Assembly: GCF_963921235.1 (NCBI RefSeq)
Contig: NC_086118.1
Span: 24,306,001-24,370,000 of the forward strand
Origin: Mobula hypostoma
Taxonomy: Eukaryota
DNA length: 64,000 nt
Direction of reading: 5' to 3'
Part shown: positions 50,801 through 64,000 of the stretch, piece after piece
How the letters are laid out: every line of letters starts with the position of its first letter
Numbering within the stretch: position 1 is the stretch's first letter
The notes under the pieces: generated by a model
What the model was told of the DNA's origin: nothing
Seen by the model: the letters and a program-made list of their open reading frames with translations, nothing else
Databases searched by the model: none
Made by a program: the position numbers and the translations under genes

Positions 50801-51794
50801 GTAATACCTTTGATTGACATAGCAACTTTAATGTACTAAGTTTTCTAAGACTTTTCACAAGTTTGCAAACTCCGGAGCCTCTGATGTGATTTCCAACCTA
50901 CCGGATCTTTCAAACACTCTTGACATCCAGATCCTGACTTATTGCCCTGATTCACAGCTGCAGGCAAACCCCTGGGACTCTGATCACACAACCCCAGGCA
51001 TTGTTCTACAGTTCCGAGCACCACTTTTCCACAGGCACAAATCCAATGGTCCGATTACTGACTGCCACTCCCCTGCAAGGCATAAAACCCAACCCTGTGT
51101 TTGGACTGCTCCTTCCCCTTGTAGAAGCAGAAGTGATCAACCTTACCAGTTATGTGAATTGAATTTAAAACAAAGCACAACATCAACTAGAATCACTTCA
51201 ACAAGACATAGCTGTCACATCTCTACAACGATAATTCAAAAAGTATTGTGGAAATTAGCAATGTGTTGGCTAGACACACAGGACTGGGATCTAGCTTCAT
51301 CTGCTGGGTGTGTCTGAAACCACTGGAATTTTCTCTTTAGCCTCACAGGACAGTAATCAGCCCATTTGTTCAGATCTACTGGTGTAATACTGTAATGCTT
51401 TTGGGCTGGCTCATTGGCCCTGCGGGATGTACTTGATTTGCCTCTGCTCTTTGGCAATCACAGCAGTAAAAACTCCCATTTGTTTTGCTGAGTTTCAGTT
51501 GTTTGAGTGTGAGGTGCACTTAAAGCAGAAACATTCAGTGCTTTGAAGACAAGAAGCTTGTAAGTGTATGGTTCTTCACAAATTTGGGGTAATAAAAAAA
51601 TTGCTTAAAATTTGGAATCTAGTAATTATATAGCATCTATTTTTGGTGCATTTAGTCAATGTCCTTACAATTGAATTAAATTACGTCTCCCCAAAAAAAA
51701 GATATTGTGGTTTGTTCAAAATCTAATTTGTAACATTTCTTACATTTAGAAAGTAAACTTAAAAGCAACCTGCGTTGTTCCTAGAGGGAGCACA

Positions 51795-52090
51795 TTCAGT
51801 TCAGCACAGCTGGCTGCACTTCGATGTGGACCGGTTTTAGTGCTTATGGCCTTACAGGAGAGAGAGGCTTCAGGGAGTGGGAGAGAACGCGAAGATTTAC
51901 CGGGAGGAACTTGGAAAGTGGATATGAGAAGGAAGGCTCTGTGTGCCCCTGGGAGTGGGAGGGGTCGGGAAATGTTGATGGGTGGGGTACAGTGATCAGA
52001 GTCATGGTGAGGGGAGTGCCATAAGAAGAGAAGATCACGACAGGAGGTAGCATGGATGAACTCCAGAAGCAGGAATCTGTGAAGGTTGGC
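51795..52090 (-). mobile_element. Old PLE ORF fragment (RT-endonuclease linker)
   Basis: Pyrimidine-rich minus strand resembling the 13440-13630 linker. Confidence 0.4.
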
Positions 52091-52213
52091 ACAAAGCCAT
52101 AGAAAGCTTAATGACCTCACAAGAAACACTGCTAAAAATATTGCTCCCTCATTCGCTCATCACAGATTCCGGGTGAACATACACACAAACACACAGACTC
52201 AGACAGACAGACA

Positions 52214-52214
<1 letters not shown>

Positions 52215-52256
<42 letters not shown>

Positions 52257-52275
52257 CTCACACTCACACACACAC
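52215..52275. repeat. (CA)n microsatellite
   Basis: Seen directly. Confidence 0.9.
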
Positions 52276-52689
52276 CCCTACTCCTTTCACAGACACCCCA
52301 CCCTTTTTTAAACCACTTCCTACCTTCCCTTGTGGTAGTACTAGCAGGTTGTCATAGCAAAATTACTTAACTGGACATCTCAGAGGTGATCCAGGACATC
52401 AATGCAATAAAGTCACTAAATAACTTCTGAATACCACTGCAGAGTAATTGTTTACCCAAGGCCCACAGCTATCCATCCCAGAATGCTCCTTCTCAATTTG
52501 CTTTGGGAGGCAGCCTGAAACTGCCAATCCAAATACAGGGCCTCTTCTAGAATTACAGAGTCGTACAGTTCAGAACAAGGTTTTTGAGCCTCCCAAATTT
52601 ATGCTGACCATCAAGCACTTAACCTTATACTGATCCCATTTTATTTTTCACACATTATCATTAACGACCCTGAATTAAATCATTCACCT

Positions 52690-52880
52690 ACTGTACCTGT
52701 TAGAGGCAGTTTCTCGTGGTTACTTATCGACCAATCTGCATAACTCTGGGATGTGGGTGGAAACTAGAGCACCCAGAGGAAACCCTTGTGGTTGATGGGA
52801 AAATTTTCAAACTCCTCACAGATAACACCGGAGGTCAGCGCGGAACCAGGGGTACTGGAACTGGGAAGCATCAGCTATAA
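52690..52880 (-). mobile_element. V-SINE fragment
   Basis: Minus strand GGGTTTCCTCTGGGTGCTCTAGTTTCCACCCACATCCC resembles the V-domain core. Confidence 0.7.
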
Positions 52881-55800
52881 CATCAGAAATCATTCATTTA
52901 TTGATCAGCTTGCAAAACTGGCATTTTATCTGGCTCAGATAGCCAGGTCCTTGAGCAGTATGGTAGACCTTCTCAGAAACCTCTCTGAGTGAAGAACCTG
53001 GAGATAAAAGTTTAGCTGTTTATTGTAGTGTGTTCTGTGGAGTTCAGAAGGTGTTTCATGAGTGTGCTGACACTGCCCAGTCATGTCTCCTGACGTCAAC
53101 AGACACATCTTTTAAACGAGAGAAGAATACCACTATAGCTTCTTGTGCCCATAATTTTCTTGAGACTGTTCCGTTTAGGTCTGTATATGGAGCTTTGAGC
53201 TACAATTTATGTCAATATAAGAAGAAATGTCTGACCAGCGATGCCATTGCATCTGCTACGTGCCCTGTGGAAAATGACTGCTGATGCAATGTGACTCCGG
53301 GTAAAATTGATTGTTGATCATTTAATAAACACATCTGCAATCTAGTTTCTAGATGAGGATCCTTTACACTTTGGAGGATTCTGGAATCCTTAAACATCCT
53401 GGTGAGCTTTGTGGAGTCCATGTCTGCTGAGGGCACCTGTCCTTCCCCTTATTAATCAACACTGTCATCTTAAAATGAAAAGTCATATGTTAGTCAATTA
53501 CAAACACTGATGATTTAAGCATAAGTTTTATTACTTCATTAATAGCCCAAGTACAACATCTGACAGAGAGCTTATTAGCACCACTGCAAGTTTTAACATC
53601 TACCTTGCTGGTTATTTGAACTTATTCCTGTATTTGTCAGAAAAATATGAGAGGGGTCTTGTCATGGGTGGGATAGCAGTCTGGTGTCACAAGGTCTTTG
53701 GTTCCTAAATTTGAAGTCTGGTGTTCCCCGTTGAGGAGACTGCATTGTTTCATATCCAATAGCTGAAAATGATATATTAGTACTACAGCAGATAAAAATG
53801 AATATCTAACAACAATCAATAAACCAAAATTAATGGGGTTGCTTTGGTGCATGAGCTAATTCTATTAAATTTGTAATTAAAGCTACCTAGAGAAGAGACA
53901 AGAAGGTTCATCACCTTTATTCCCTACGTTGTTAAGTAGTTTGCTGAATGCCCATTTCTCACATAACTCAAACCATAAGCAACACTACAGGTATTCTAGA
54001 ACCATGAACCAATATGTACCAATATTTTGGACTGGATACTATATCATAAGCTTTAAACAAAATGACGAAAGCTTATTTAAAATGGTAAATAAACTGGATG
54101 TTGCCAATAAAATTAAATATAAATGTGAGTTCTTTTAAATGATTGTATTTAAGAGGATATATTTTTTCCTCAACAATGACTCAATTTTAACTGATCAATA
54201 AACCTAAAAAGATTGTGATATGTTATCTATCTTTTGGATTGATTATATGCCAATAGAAAGATGTCTGTCTGAAGATTAGGACTATATTTTGAGCTATGCC
54301 TACACAGCTGGGTCATATTTCTTGGCATCAAATCAATATTCAACAGCACTGTATAAATATTCAGACCCGTGTAATCTGAGGAATTTGAAACATAATCCCA
54401 GTCAGCACGTGCAAGTTAATTATAAGTGCTAGTAGAACGTTTGGTGAAAGGAAACTCATTCAGCACAGACTTTGTTTTGGATATTTATTTGTAAAAGGTA
54501 AACTGCTTTAAAAACAAATTGAACTGCCTAATTTGAATTGAATGATCGCAAATGGGCATCATTGGTGCTATTACATTCAGTTTTCTGACTCACATGCTTT
54601 TCATATAGTACATTTATGGTATGAGTTAGTTGCCCTTATATTTGGAAGGATTGTTAGTATCTGTGAAGGTATTCCAAACCAAAAAGATATAGAAATAAAT
54701 ACTTTTCAGTATCTGTCAGGGTGCAACATCACTCACTCAAAGGACACGGGCAACCAACGTCCACAGGATGAAGGATCCCTATTCTCCGTGTACTGCTGCT
54801 GAACCACATTACTTAAAGAGACCTTTGCAGATTAAGCGCTGATAGGTTACACTGCCGTCCAGATTCACATGAACTGATACTTGATCCATCCAGTGGAAAC
54901 AACTTTGACATTGATTTGAATTGGAAATGAAATTGCATTTATTTCTCATTTTAGCTCTGAAGCTAGAAGGTGTCAAAATGTGACCTTTGACAAGTGAAAC
55001 ATTTTCCTGTTCTAAACTGGCAAAATGATGGTAAATAACCCGTTTTAAATGAAAGCAAATGACTCCTGCACAATATGGATTCTATTTGACATCTTCTGAC
55101 TGTGGACTACAGTTACCATCACTTGTGATTCTGATGTCATTCAACAATTCTACCTGTAGGTTCAAACATCAGGTTAGTGAGTTCAAGAGCTTTTAGTAAG
55201 TATGTTTAACTCGGAGTCTGCCCACAAAGCTGGTGTATAAGGCACAATCTAATAGTTACATTGGAATGCAGGAATATGACCTAAAATGAAAAAAAAAATT
55301 GTTTTTGTCGACACATCTCAGACTAATTGTTTTAACCTATTTCTATTGGCTTCAAATTAATTTTCCACATCTGCACAACATCTTTGAACAAAAAATCTCT
55401 TGCCTTGCGTGGTGTGAGGAGATTTGCCAATGTGCTATAAAAAACTTCACAGACTTGCAGACTGTAGCTTTTCACAGTCTCACAATATCACCTTCTGCAA
55501 ACTCTAGAATAATGTTCAGTTTAAAGAACATGTTCAATCCTGCTATTAAATAATCTAGATAGCCCATGAATGGTGGTATACGCCTGAACCCCCATTCTAA
55601 TGGGCTAGGACTGCCATGTTATCCCATTCCTGTTCAACATTACCACAGGATGTGATGCAGCATATTCCAGTAATAAGTCAATACCACTCTCCTACTCCAT
55701 TATGTCTTACTGGCACACATGGAGATCTACAATATAGAGAAGATGCAAGTGTGTGGTCGCAGGTAAACACTACAAAAATACTTCTGGGGTTCGAAACACA

Positions 55801-56380
55801 TTGAAAGCTTGCTATAAATTGTGTTCAATATTCTTCAACAAATATGAAGGAAAAATACTCACCTAATCATCAGTGTGTAATGCAATGAGGGCACATAAAA
55901 TATTGTATAGACAGAGATTTATTCACAAGGTATCGAGCCAGACTCTGAACTCTTCAAGTTCTTGATGCAATCCAAACATCAGTTAATTAGCAGCATTTCC
56001 AAATATTCAATTGAATTAAGAAATAAACATAGATATAGAGTAAACAACATGTTCCAGGCTTAAAGTAGATCATAAATGTGACTCCATAGACTTCCTGCTG
56101 TGTTGCCTCATACTATTAACATGTAATCAACCAAGAGTTAGCATTTGATCATACAAAGATGTTACTGCTTAGCTCAATCCTGAGTCAAAATTGAAGCCAG
56201 CTCTTATGGAGAGTCAGTGGTTAGTAAATAGGAGCAGGGGCCTAACTATCTTTCGTTTGTCTAATGTGAACATTGATACCAATCATATTGTTTGTATTAA
56301 CATGAAATAATGTAGCGTAAACTGAACATAATGTTTTTGTAAGTTTTCACAAATAAAACAAAATGAGGTGTTTATGTTAA

Positions 56381-57123
56381 CATAGTATTAACGGCAAGAC
56401 TCTTGGCAGTGTGGAGGATCAGAGGGATCTTGGGGTCCGAGTCCATAGAACAGTCAAGGGTGCTGCGCAGGTTGACTCTGTGGTTAAGAAAGCACACGGT
56501 GCATTGGCCTTTATCAATCGTGGGATTGAGTTTAGGAGCCGAGAGGTAATGTTGCAGCTATACCGGATCCTGGTCAGACCCCATTTGGAGTACTGTGCTC
56601 AATTATGGTCGCCTCACTATAGGAAGGATGTGGAAACCATAGAAAGGGTGCAGAGGAGATTTACAAGGATGTTGCCTGGATTGGGGAGCATGCCCTATGA
56701 GAATAGGTTGAGAGAACTTGGCTTTTTTTCCTTGGAGCGACGGAGGATGAGAGGTGACCTGATAGAAGTGTATAAGATGATGAGAGGCATTTATTATATG
56801 GATAGTCAGAGGCTTTTTCCCAGGTTTGAAATGGCTAGCACAAGAGGGCACAGTTTTAAGGTGCTTGGAAGTAGGTACAGAGGAGATATCAGGGGTAAGT
56901 TTTTTACGTAGAGAGTGGTGAGTGCGTGGAATGGGCTGCCGGCAACAATGGTGGAGGCGGATACGATAAGGTCTTTTAAGAGACTCCTGGCCAGGTATAT
57001 GGAGCTCAGAAAAATAGAGGGCTATGGGTAACCCTAGGTAATTTCTCAGGGAAGGACATGTTCGGCACAGCATTGTGGGCCAAAGGGCCTGTATTGCGCT
57101 GTAGGTTTTCTATGTTTCTATGA
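56381..57123 (+). mobile_element. CR1 3' fragment, well preserved
   Basis: QRDLGVRVH...LVRPHLEYCAQLWSPHY...RGDLIEVYK...TRGHSFK; tail TTTCTATGTTTCTATG. Confidence 0.95.
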
Positions 57124-58236
57124 AACCCATAACACATTTTATTGAACTCCAAAACCTAAATACCAAAGCATGCCAAAAATATGTACGTAATCTCGTCATC
57201 ATGTCAGACCAGCTTCTTAAAGTGAAACCACAACCCACTGTCGGTGGTTGTGAATTATGTACATTTCTCCCAATTATGTTACCTTACATTTTCTATTTTT
57301 GTGCCTTAACTACTTATTGAAATAACATACTGAACAGCAATAAAAATGTGCATTCTTCATGTGACTTATCTTATTAACAGTATTGTGGAACTTTGTCACC
57401 AACATGATACATTAAGATATTTCAGCAAAATAATGAGTGAAGTTAAACGTAAAGATGTTTGAATTAAAACATCAAATCTTCAGATTCATTACAGCAACTT
57501 AAATTTCACTTATGGGGATATTTACATTTTTTGATTTACCATTTCCTTCTCTGAGTACCGCTGGTTTAGAAGGGCATGTGCTCTTCCATTAGTCTATAAT
57601 TCTTCCAGTTTCTCTTAAATTCACAGACAAAGTTTAAAAAAAGACCTTTTATAGTCAAAACAAGGCACAGACTGTATCCAGTCCTTCAGTAAATGAACTC
57701 AATGCAGGGATAGTAAAGTACAGACAGTTTCACAGTCAAGCTCCCACTCAAAATAATTTCTTAATCAGGTAAAATTTCAGTTTGCTCCCATCTCAGAGAA
57801 GATAGCTCTTTTATTTTTACACCACTTTCAGTGCATTCACCTTGCCTCTTTACCTTAAATTCTATGGAGCATTTCTGGTGTTGATTCAACTTTCATAAGA
57901 TTTGGAAGACTAGGATGAACGTTCACTGAATTTTCTTCCTTTCATTTGAAATGGCTGGCATTTACACTGCAGCACCTCAGCAGTGAACTATAAAGCCTTT
58001 AATGTGTTTTACTTACAAAAGTACAGTCAAGATTTGTAAAAAGGTAGGCACAATAAGTAAGGATAATTTCAGTCTTGGCATAAATCTTAAATTTCAAAGA
58101 AGGAATTTTACCCATTCTCTTTCTATATTTACTTTCAGAGTTGCTGGTAATTAATTTAAGTGTGTAAATACTTAAACTCTTGCTGAGCGGACTGTTTTGC
58201 TTAAACTTAAAAATGAAGTCCAAAGCTGAAAAAACT

Positions 58237-60180
58237 TACTCCTTACTTTCTCGATAAGCCTTGCATGGGGTACCTTATCAAGTGCCTTGCTGAAATCCAT
58301 ATACATTACATCTACTGCTCTTCCTTCATCAATGTGTTCAGTCACATCCTCAAAAAATTCAATCAGGCTCGTAAGGCATGACCTGCCTTTGACAAAGCCA
58401 TGCTGACTATTCCTAATCATATTATACCTCTCCAAATGTTCATAAATTCTGCATCTCAGGATCTTCTCCATCAACTTACCAACCATTGAGGTAAGACTCA
58501 CTGGTCTATAATTTCCTGGGCTATCTCTACTCCCTTTCTTGAATAAAGGAACAACATCTGCAAACCTCCAATCCTCCGGAACCTCTCCCGTCCCCATTGA
58601 TGATGCAGAGATCATCGCCAGAGGCTCAGCAATCTCCTCCCTCACCTCCCACAGTAGCCTGAGGTACATCTCATCTGGTCCCGGCGACTTATCCAACTTG
58701 ATGCTTTCCAAAAGCTCCAGCACATCCACTTTCTTAATATCTACATGCTCAAGTTTTTCAGTCTTCTGCAAGTCATTACTACAATCACCAAGATCCTTTT
58801 TCATAGTGAATATGGAAGTAAATTATTCATTAAGTACCTCTGCTATTTCCTCCGGTTCCATGCACACTTTCCCACTGTCACACTTGATAGGTCCTATCCT
58901 TTCATATCTTATCCTCTTGCTCTTCACATACTTGAAGAATGCCTTGGGGTTTTCCTTAATCTTGCCCACAAAGACCTTCTCATGGCCCCTTCTGGCTCTC
59001 CTAATTTCCTTCTTAAACTCCTTCCTATTAGCCTTATAATCTTCTAGATCTCTAACACTACCTAGCTCTCTGAACCTTCTGTAAGCTTTTCCTTTCTTCT
59101 TGACTAGGTTTATTACGGCCTTTGTACACCACAGTTCCTGTACCCTACCATAACTTCCCTGTCTCATTAGAACGAACGTATGCAGGACTCCACACAAATA
59201 TCCACTGAATATTTGCCACATTTCTTCCATACTTTTCCCTGAGAACATCTGTTTCCAATTTAAGCCTCCAATTTCCTGCCTGATAGCCTCATAATTTCCC
59301 TTACTCCAATTAAACGCTTTTCTAACTTGTCTGCTCCTATCTCTCTCCAATGCTATTGTAAAGGAGATAGAATTATGATCACTATCTCCAAAATGCTCTC
59401 CCACTGAGAGATCTGACACCTGACCAGGTTCATTTCCCAATACCAAATCAAGTACAGCCTCTTCTTTTGTCGGCTTATCTACATATTGTGTCAAGAAACC
59501 TTCCTGAACACACCTGACAAACTCCACCTCATCTAAACCACTCGCTCTAGGGAGATGCCAATCGATATTTGGGAAGTTAAGATCTCTCATCACTACAACT
59601 CTGTTATTATTACACCTTTCCAGGATCTGTTTCGCTATCTGCTCCTCGATATCCCTGTTACTATTGGGCGGCCTGTAAAAAACACCCAGTAAAGTTATTG
59701 ACCCCTTCCTGTTCCTAACCTTCACCCTCAGAGACTCTGTAGACAATCCCTCCATGGCGTCCACCTTTTCTGCAGCCGTGACACTGTCTCTGATCAACAG
59801 TGCCACACCTCCACCTCTTTTGCCTCCCTCCCTGTCCTTTCCGAAACTTCTAAAACCCGGCACTTGAAGTAAACATTCCTGTCCCTGAGCCATCCAAGTC
59901 TCTGAAATGGCCACAACATCATATCTCTAAGTACTGATCCATGCTCTAAGCTCATTCACTTTGTTCACAACACACCTTGCATTAAAATAGACACATCTCA
60001 AACCTTCGGTGTGAGCACGTCCCTTCTTTATCATCTGTCTATCCTCCTTCTTGCATTGTCTACAAGCTTTCTCTGTTTGTGAGCCAACCTCCTCTTCCCC
60101 AGTCTCTTTAGTTCAGTTCCCACCCCCTGACAATTCTAGATTAAACTCTCCCCAGTAGCCTTAGCAAACCTTTTTGCCAA
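58237..60180 (-). mobile_element. CR1 internal fragment: ORF1 end, APE endonuclease and N-half of RT; truncated at both ends
   Basis: YFNAR...AISETW, GGGVALLI, FYRPP, SDHN (APE); KSPGPD, NYRPVSLTS, QHGF, YMDFSKALDKVPH (RT); in-frame stop at 58823-58825. Confidence 0.95.
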
Positions 60181-60576
60181 AGAAAAAAATTTGTCTTTGG
60201 ATCCAGAGATCTTCACTTGGAATGAAACTCGTAATCAAGAAACATAATTAACACTAACCTGAACACATTTGATTTGATTCAGCTTTCCTTTGTCAACAAT
60301 TTCATTCCCAATTGCTTCCAATAACTATTTCCTTTGCCTTATGTCATCCAAATCCTTCTTCTAACTGGTGCCTCACATCTATTAGATTGCATCTTTTCAA
60401 TCACAAACCTGAGTGAAGTTTTATAAATTAATGATTGCTTGTTTGTTGGCAATAACTTTCTGGCAAGGTAGCACAGACTCAGAAATAATTTTTCCACAAA
60501 TTTGTTATTTTCACATAAGGATGAAAATGGAAAAACGAAGGAAAAATGTTGTGCACACAATACCGTTTGAATAATA

Positions 60577-60776
60577 CAGAACACAAGAAAATCTGCAGAT
60601 GATGGAAATCATAGCAATACTCCCAGAATACTCGAGGAGCTCAGCAGGCCAGGCAGATCTATGGACAAGAGCAAACAGTTGGCATTTTGGACTGAGACCT
60701 CAGCCCAAAACGTTGATTGTTAACTCTTTTCCAGAAATGCTATCTGGCCTGCTGAGTTCCTCCAGTATTTTGGGTG
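60577..60776. mobile_element. Older PLE pseudo-LTR foldback
   Basis: CTCAGCAGGCCAG and CTGGCCTGCTGAG arms; degenerate 16-bp TSD at 60561-60576 and 60777-60792 (13/16 match). Confidence 0.75.
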
Positions 60777-60989
60777 TACTGTTTGAATGGTATGCGTCTA
60801 AAACAAAATTTGGTGCAACAGAGAGGCCAGATTTTTATGATTCATTTTATGATTCAACCCTTGATGTCCTGGAACAGCCAAAACAACTAATTGCTCTTTT
60901 TTTCTTCTTTTTCAATGAATGAAACAGACCTTTGATTGTTAGTATAAAACATAAATTGAGGATTTGATGCATTATTGACATGTGCATCT

Positions 60990-61835
60990 TTTACATGCCA
61001 TTTCATTAAAATAATGCATTTAGTTAGTACAAGGTAAAACAATATCAGAGTGCAGAATAAAATGTTACGTTTACAGACAGAATACAGGGCAGGCAAACAA
61101 TAAGGTGCAAGTCTATAACAAGGCAGATTATGAGGTCAAGAGTTCATCTTATCATACTAAGGAACCATCCAATAGTCTTATAACAGTGGGATATGATCTG
61201 ACCTGACCTGATTCTTCAGATTTTTGTATCTTTTGCTCAGTGGGAGGGGGGATACAAGAGAATGACTGGGATCTTTGGGGTCTTTGATTATGTTTGTGGG
61301 TTTACCGAGGCAGTGAGAAGTGTAGATGGAGTCCATGGAGGGATGTTGGTTTCCATAATGTACTGAGCAGTGCCTCCACCATGGTTTCTCACAGTGCTGC
61401 CAAGAAATAGTTACTAGTGATGTTCATTCCAAGGAACTGGAAGCTCTCAGCTCTCATGATCTCAGCATCATTGATGTGAACAGGAATGCATGCATTGTGC
61501 TCCTCCTCATCCCTTCCTGAAGTCATTGATATGTGAAAACAATTAAAAATTCAAAGCTCAAAGTAAATTGATAATTCAATTACATAGATGTCACTATATC
61601 CTATCCTGAGATTCACTTTCTAAATAGAAAGAAACACAATAGAATCAATGAAAAAACACACACAAGATGGACAAACAACCAATGTGCAAAAGACAAAAGA
61701 AAAACAAACAAAATAGTGATAATAAGTAAATGAGATGAACAGCCCTTGATATTGAATCCGTAAGTTGTAGCAACAGTTCAGTGTTGGAGTGAGTGAAGTT
61801 ATGCCCTCTGGTTCAACAGCCTGATTTTTGAGGGG
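60990..61835 (-). mobile_element. Two adjacent Rex/Babar LINE 3' fragments; the second continues at 62777-62870
   Basis: UTRs match 21500-21760 and 46635-46990 in reverse; FSLLPSGRKYRSLRT after the CR1. Confidence 0.7.
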
Positions 61836-61837
61836 TA

Positions 61838-62776
61838 TAAGACCATAAGACCATAAGACAAAGGAGCAGAAGTCGGCCATTCAGCCCAATGAGTCTGCTC
61901 CGCCATTTTATCATGAGCTGACCCATTCTTCCATTTAGTCCCACTCCCCTGCCTTCTCACCATAACCTTTGATGCCCTGACTACTCAGATACCTATCAAT
62001 CTCTGCCTTAAATACACCCAATGACTTGGCCTCCACTGCTACCCGTGGCAACAAGTTCCATAGATTCACCACCCTCTGACTAAAAAAATTTCTTCGCATT
62101 TCTGTTCTGAATGGGTGCCCTTCAATCCTTAAGTCATGCCCTCTCGTACTAGACTCCCCCATCGTGGGAAACAACTTTGCCACATCCACTCTGTCCATGC
62201 CTTTCAACATTAGAAATATTTCTATGAGGTCTCCCCTCATTCTTCTAAACTCCAAGGAATACAGTTCAAGAGCGGACAAACGTTCCTCATATGTTAACCC
62301 TCTCATTCCCGGAATCATTCTAGTGAATCTTCTCTGTACTCTCTCCAACGTCAGCACATCCTTTCTTAAATAAGGAGACCAAAACTGCCCACAGTACTCC
62401 AAGTGAGGTCTCACTAGCGCCTTATAGAGCCTCAACATCACATCCCTGCTCCTATACTCTATTCCTCTAGAAATGAATGCCAACATTGCATTCACCTTCT
62501 TCACGACTGACTCAACCTGGAGGTTAACTTTAAGGGTATCCTGTATGAGGTCTCCCAAGTCCCGTTGCATCTCAGAACTTTGAATTCTTTCTCCATTTAA
62601 ATAATAGTCTACCCGTTTATTTTTTCTGCCAAAGTGCATAACCACACACTTTCCAACACTGTACTTCATTTGCCACTTCTCTGCCCATTCTTCCAATCTA
62701 TCCAAGTCTCTCTGCAGACTCTCCGTTTCCTGAGCACTACCAGCCCCTCCACCTATCTTCGTATCATCAGCAAACT
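61838..62776 (-). mobile_element. Young 5'-truncated CR1 nested in a Rex fragment
   Basis: Open KFADDTKIGG...LVRPHLEYC...GEKAGEWD*; (TATGGTCT)n tail; possible TATAA TSD. Confidence 0.95.
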
Positions 62777-62944
62777 TATAACTGTTCATGCACCTAGCGC
62801 TGTATGTCCTGAGGCTCCTGTACTTCCTCCCTGAAGGCAGCAGTGAGAAGAAAGCAAAGCCTGTCAAATTAGTCACTTGTTAGAATCTTCTTCTGATATT
62901 TGATCCATTGAAGTTAATGAAACCCAATTTTTGGAGGATATTGC

Positions 62945-63470
62945 TACAGTCACCGAATTATAGGAAAGATGTCAACAAAATAGAGTGAGTACAGAGAAGA
63001 TTTACTAGAATGTTACCTGGGTTTCAGGACCTAGGTTACAGAGAAAGGTTGAACAAGCTGGGTCTTTATTCTTTGGAGCATAGAAGGTTGAGGGGGAACT
63101 TGATAGAGGTATTTAAAATTATGAGGCGGATAGATAGAGTTGACGTGGATAGGCTTTTTCCATTGAGAGTAGGGGAGATTCAAACAAGAGGACATGAGTT
63201 GAGAGTAGGGGGCAAAAGTTTAGGGGTAACACGAGGGGAAACTTCTTTACTCTGAGAGTGGTACCTGTGTGGAATGAGCTTCCAGTAGAAGTGGTAGAGG
63301 CAGGCTCAATATTGTCATTTAAAGTAAAATTGGATAGCTATATGGACAGGAAAGGAATGGAGGGTATTGGCTGAGTGCAGGTCGGTGGGACTGGGTGAGA
63401 GTAAGCATTCGGCACGGACTAGAAGGGCCAAGATAGCCTGTTTCTGTGCTGTAATTGTTATATGATTGCA
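62945..63470 (+). mobile_element. CR1 3' fragment
   Basis: MLPGFQDLGYRERLNKLGLYSLEHRRLRGNLIEVFKIM; CR1 3' UTR. Confidence 0.9.
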
Positions 63471-64000
63471 TAGCTATAGTTGATACTGAAGCACACATTT
63501 TATTCTCATTACAAAAAGTAAGTGAGTTTCTTTCTGATAAAGGTAATTACATCTCCTTATAGATATCATAAATTCAAAACATCAGGTGTATAGAATCAAT
63601 CTCATGCCAATTAACTTATCAAAGTATTATCAAAGAATCAAAGATGTTGACACCAGGTTAGAGCTCATCAAATCTATTGTGTTAATTGACATACGATTGC
63701 ACAAGATGTAGAACACAAGAACTAGCCGTTCAGGCAAACATAAATAAGTATAAGATAATACAGTTATTAGGAAGAATAGTGAGGTCACACTTTTAATGAA
63801 AGATTCAAGTTTCAGAAGAATGGTATAACAAAGAGACCTCAGAGTACAAATGTACCTGTTGTAAAGACTGCATCATAGTTTAACTTAACGCCTTCCTCAC
63901 TTCTCTACCTCTCCTTTCTACCAGCACACGTAGTCTAGCTTCAGTCAGATAGTTTATCATATTGATACAAATTCCTTATCGTGAAAATGAAGCTCCATTT

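Noticed and set aside
56381..60180. Two opposed CR1 pieces as one inverted insertion
   Set aside because: Separated by about 1.1 kb of unrelated sequence, with a missing RT segment and no shared TSD
61935..62876. 313-aa ORF as a gene
   Set aside because: Chance in-frame fusion of a Rex/Babar fragment (FSLLPSGRKYRSLRT) with a nested 5'-truncated CR1 starting at KFADD

Overview
Eukaryotic, AT-leaning, repeat-dense intergenic or intronic DNA with no recognisable host gene. The repeat mix suggests a vertebrate, most likely a cartilaginous fish such as a ray (inference): CR1 and Rex/Babar LINEs, V- and Deu-type SINEs, Penelope-like elements (PLEs), a HERO-type RLE LINE, Tc1 and Gypsy. Nearly all long ORFs are transposon fragments. 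The best-preserved element is a full-length 4.4-kb Gypsy LTR retrotransposon at 28750-33192 with a CAGGG target-site duplication (TSD). It has no tRNA primer-binding site; instead 14 nt next to the 5' LTR are complementary to the LTR itself (candidate self-priming), and its RT motif reads YLDN. The window is also rich in candidate catalytic RNAs: minimal hammerheads in PLE ends and in TSD-flanked PLE foldback mini-elements, a possible HDV-like fold at an RTE 5' end, and a full set of hammerhead core nucleotides in non-canonical strand order in a HERO 3' UTR. All family assignments and folds were made by eye; no searches or folding programs were run, and boundaries of degenerate repeats are approximate.
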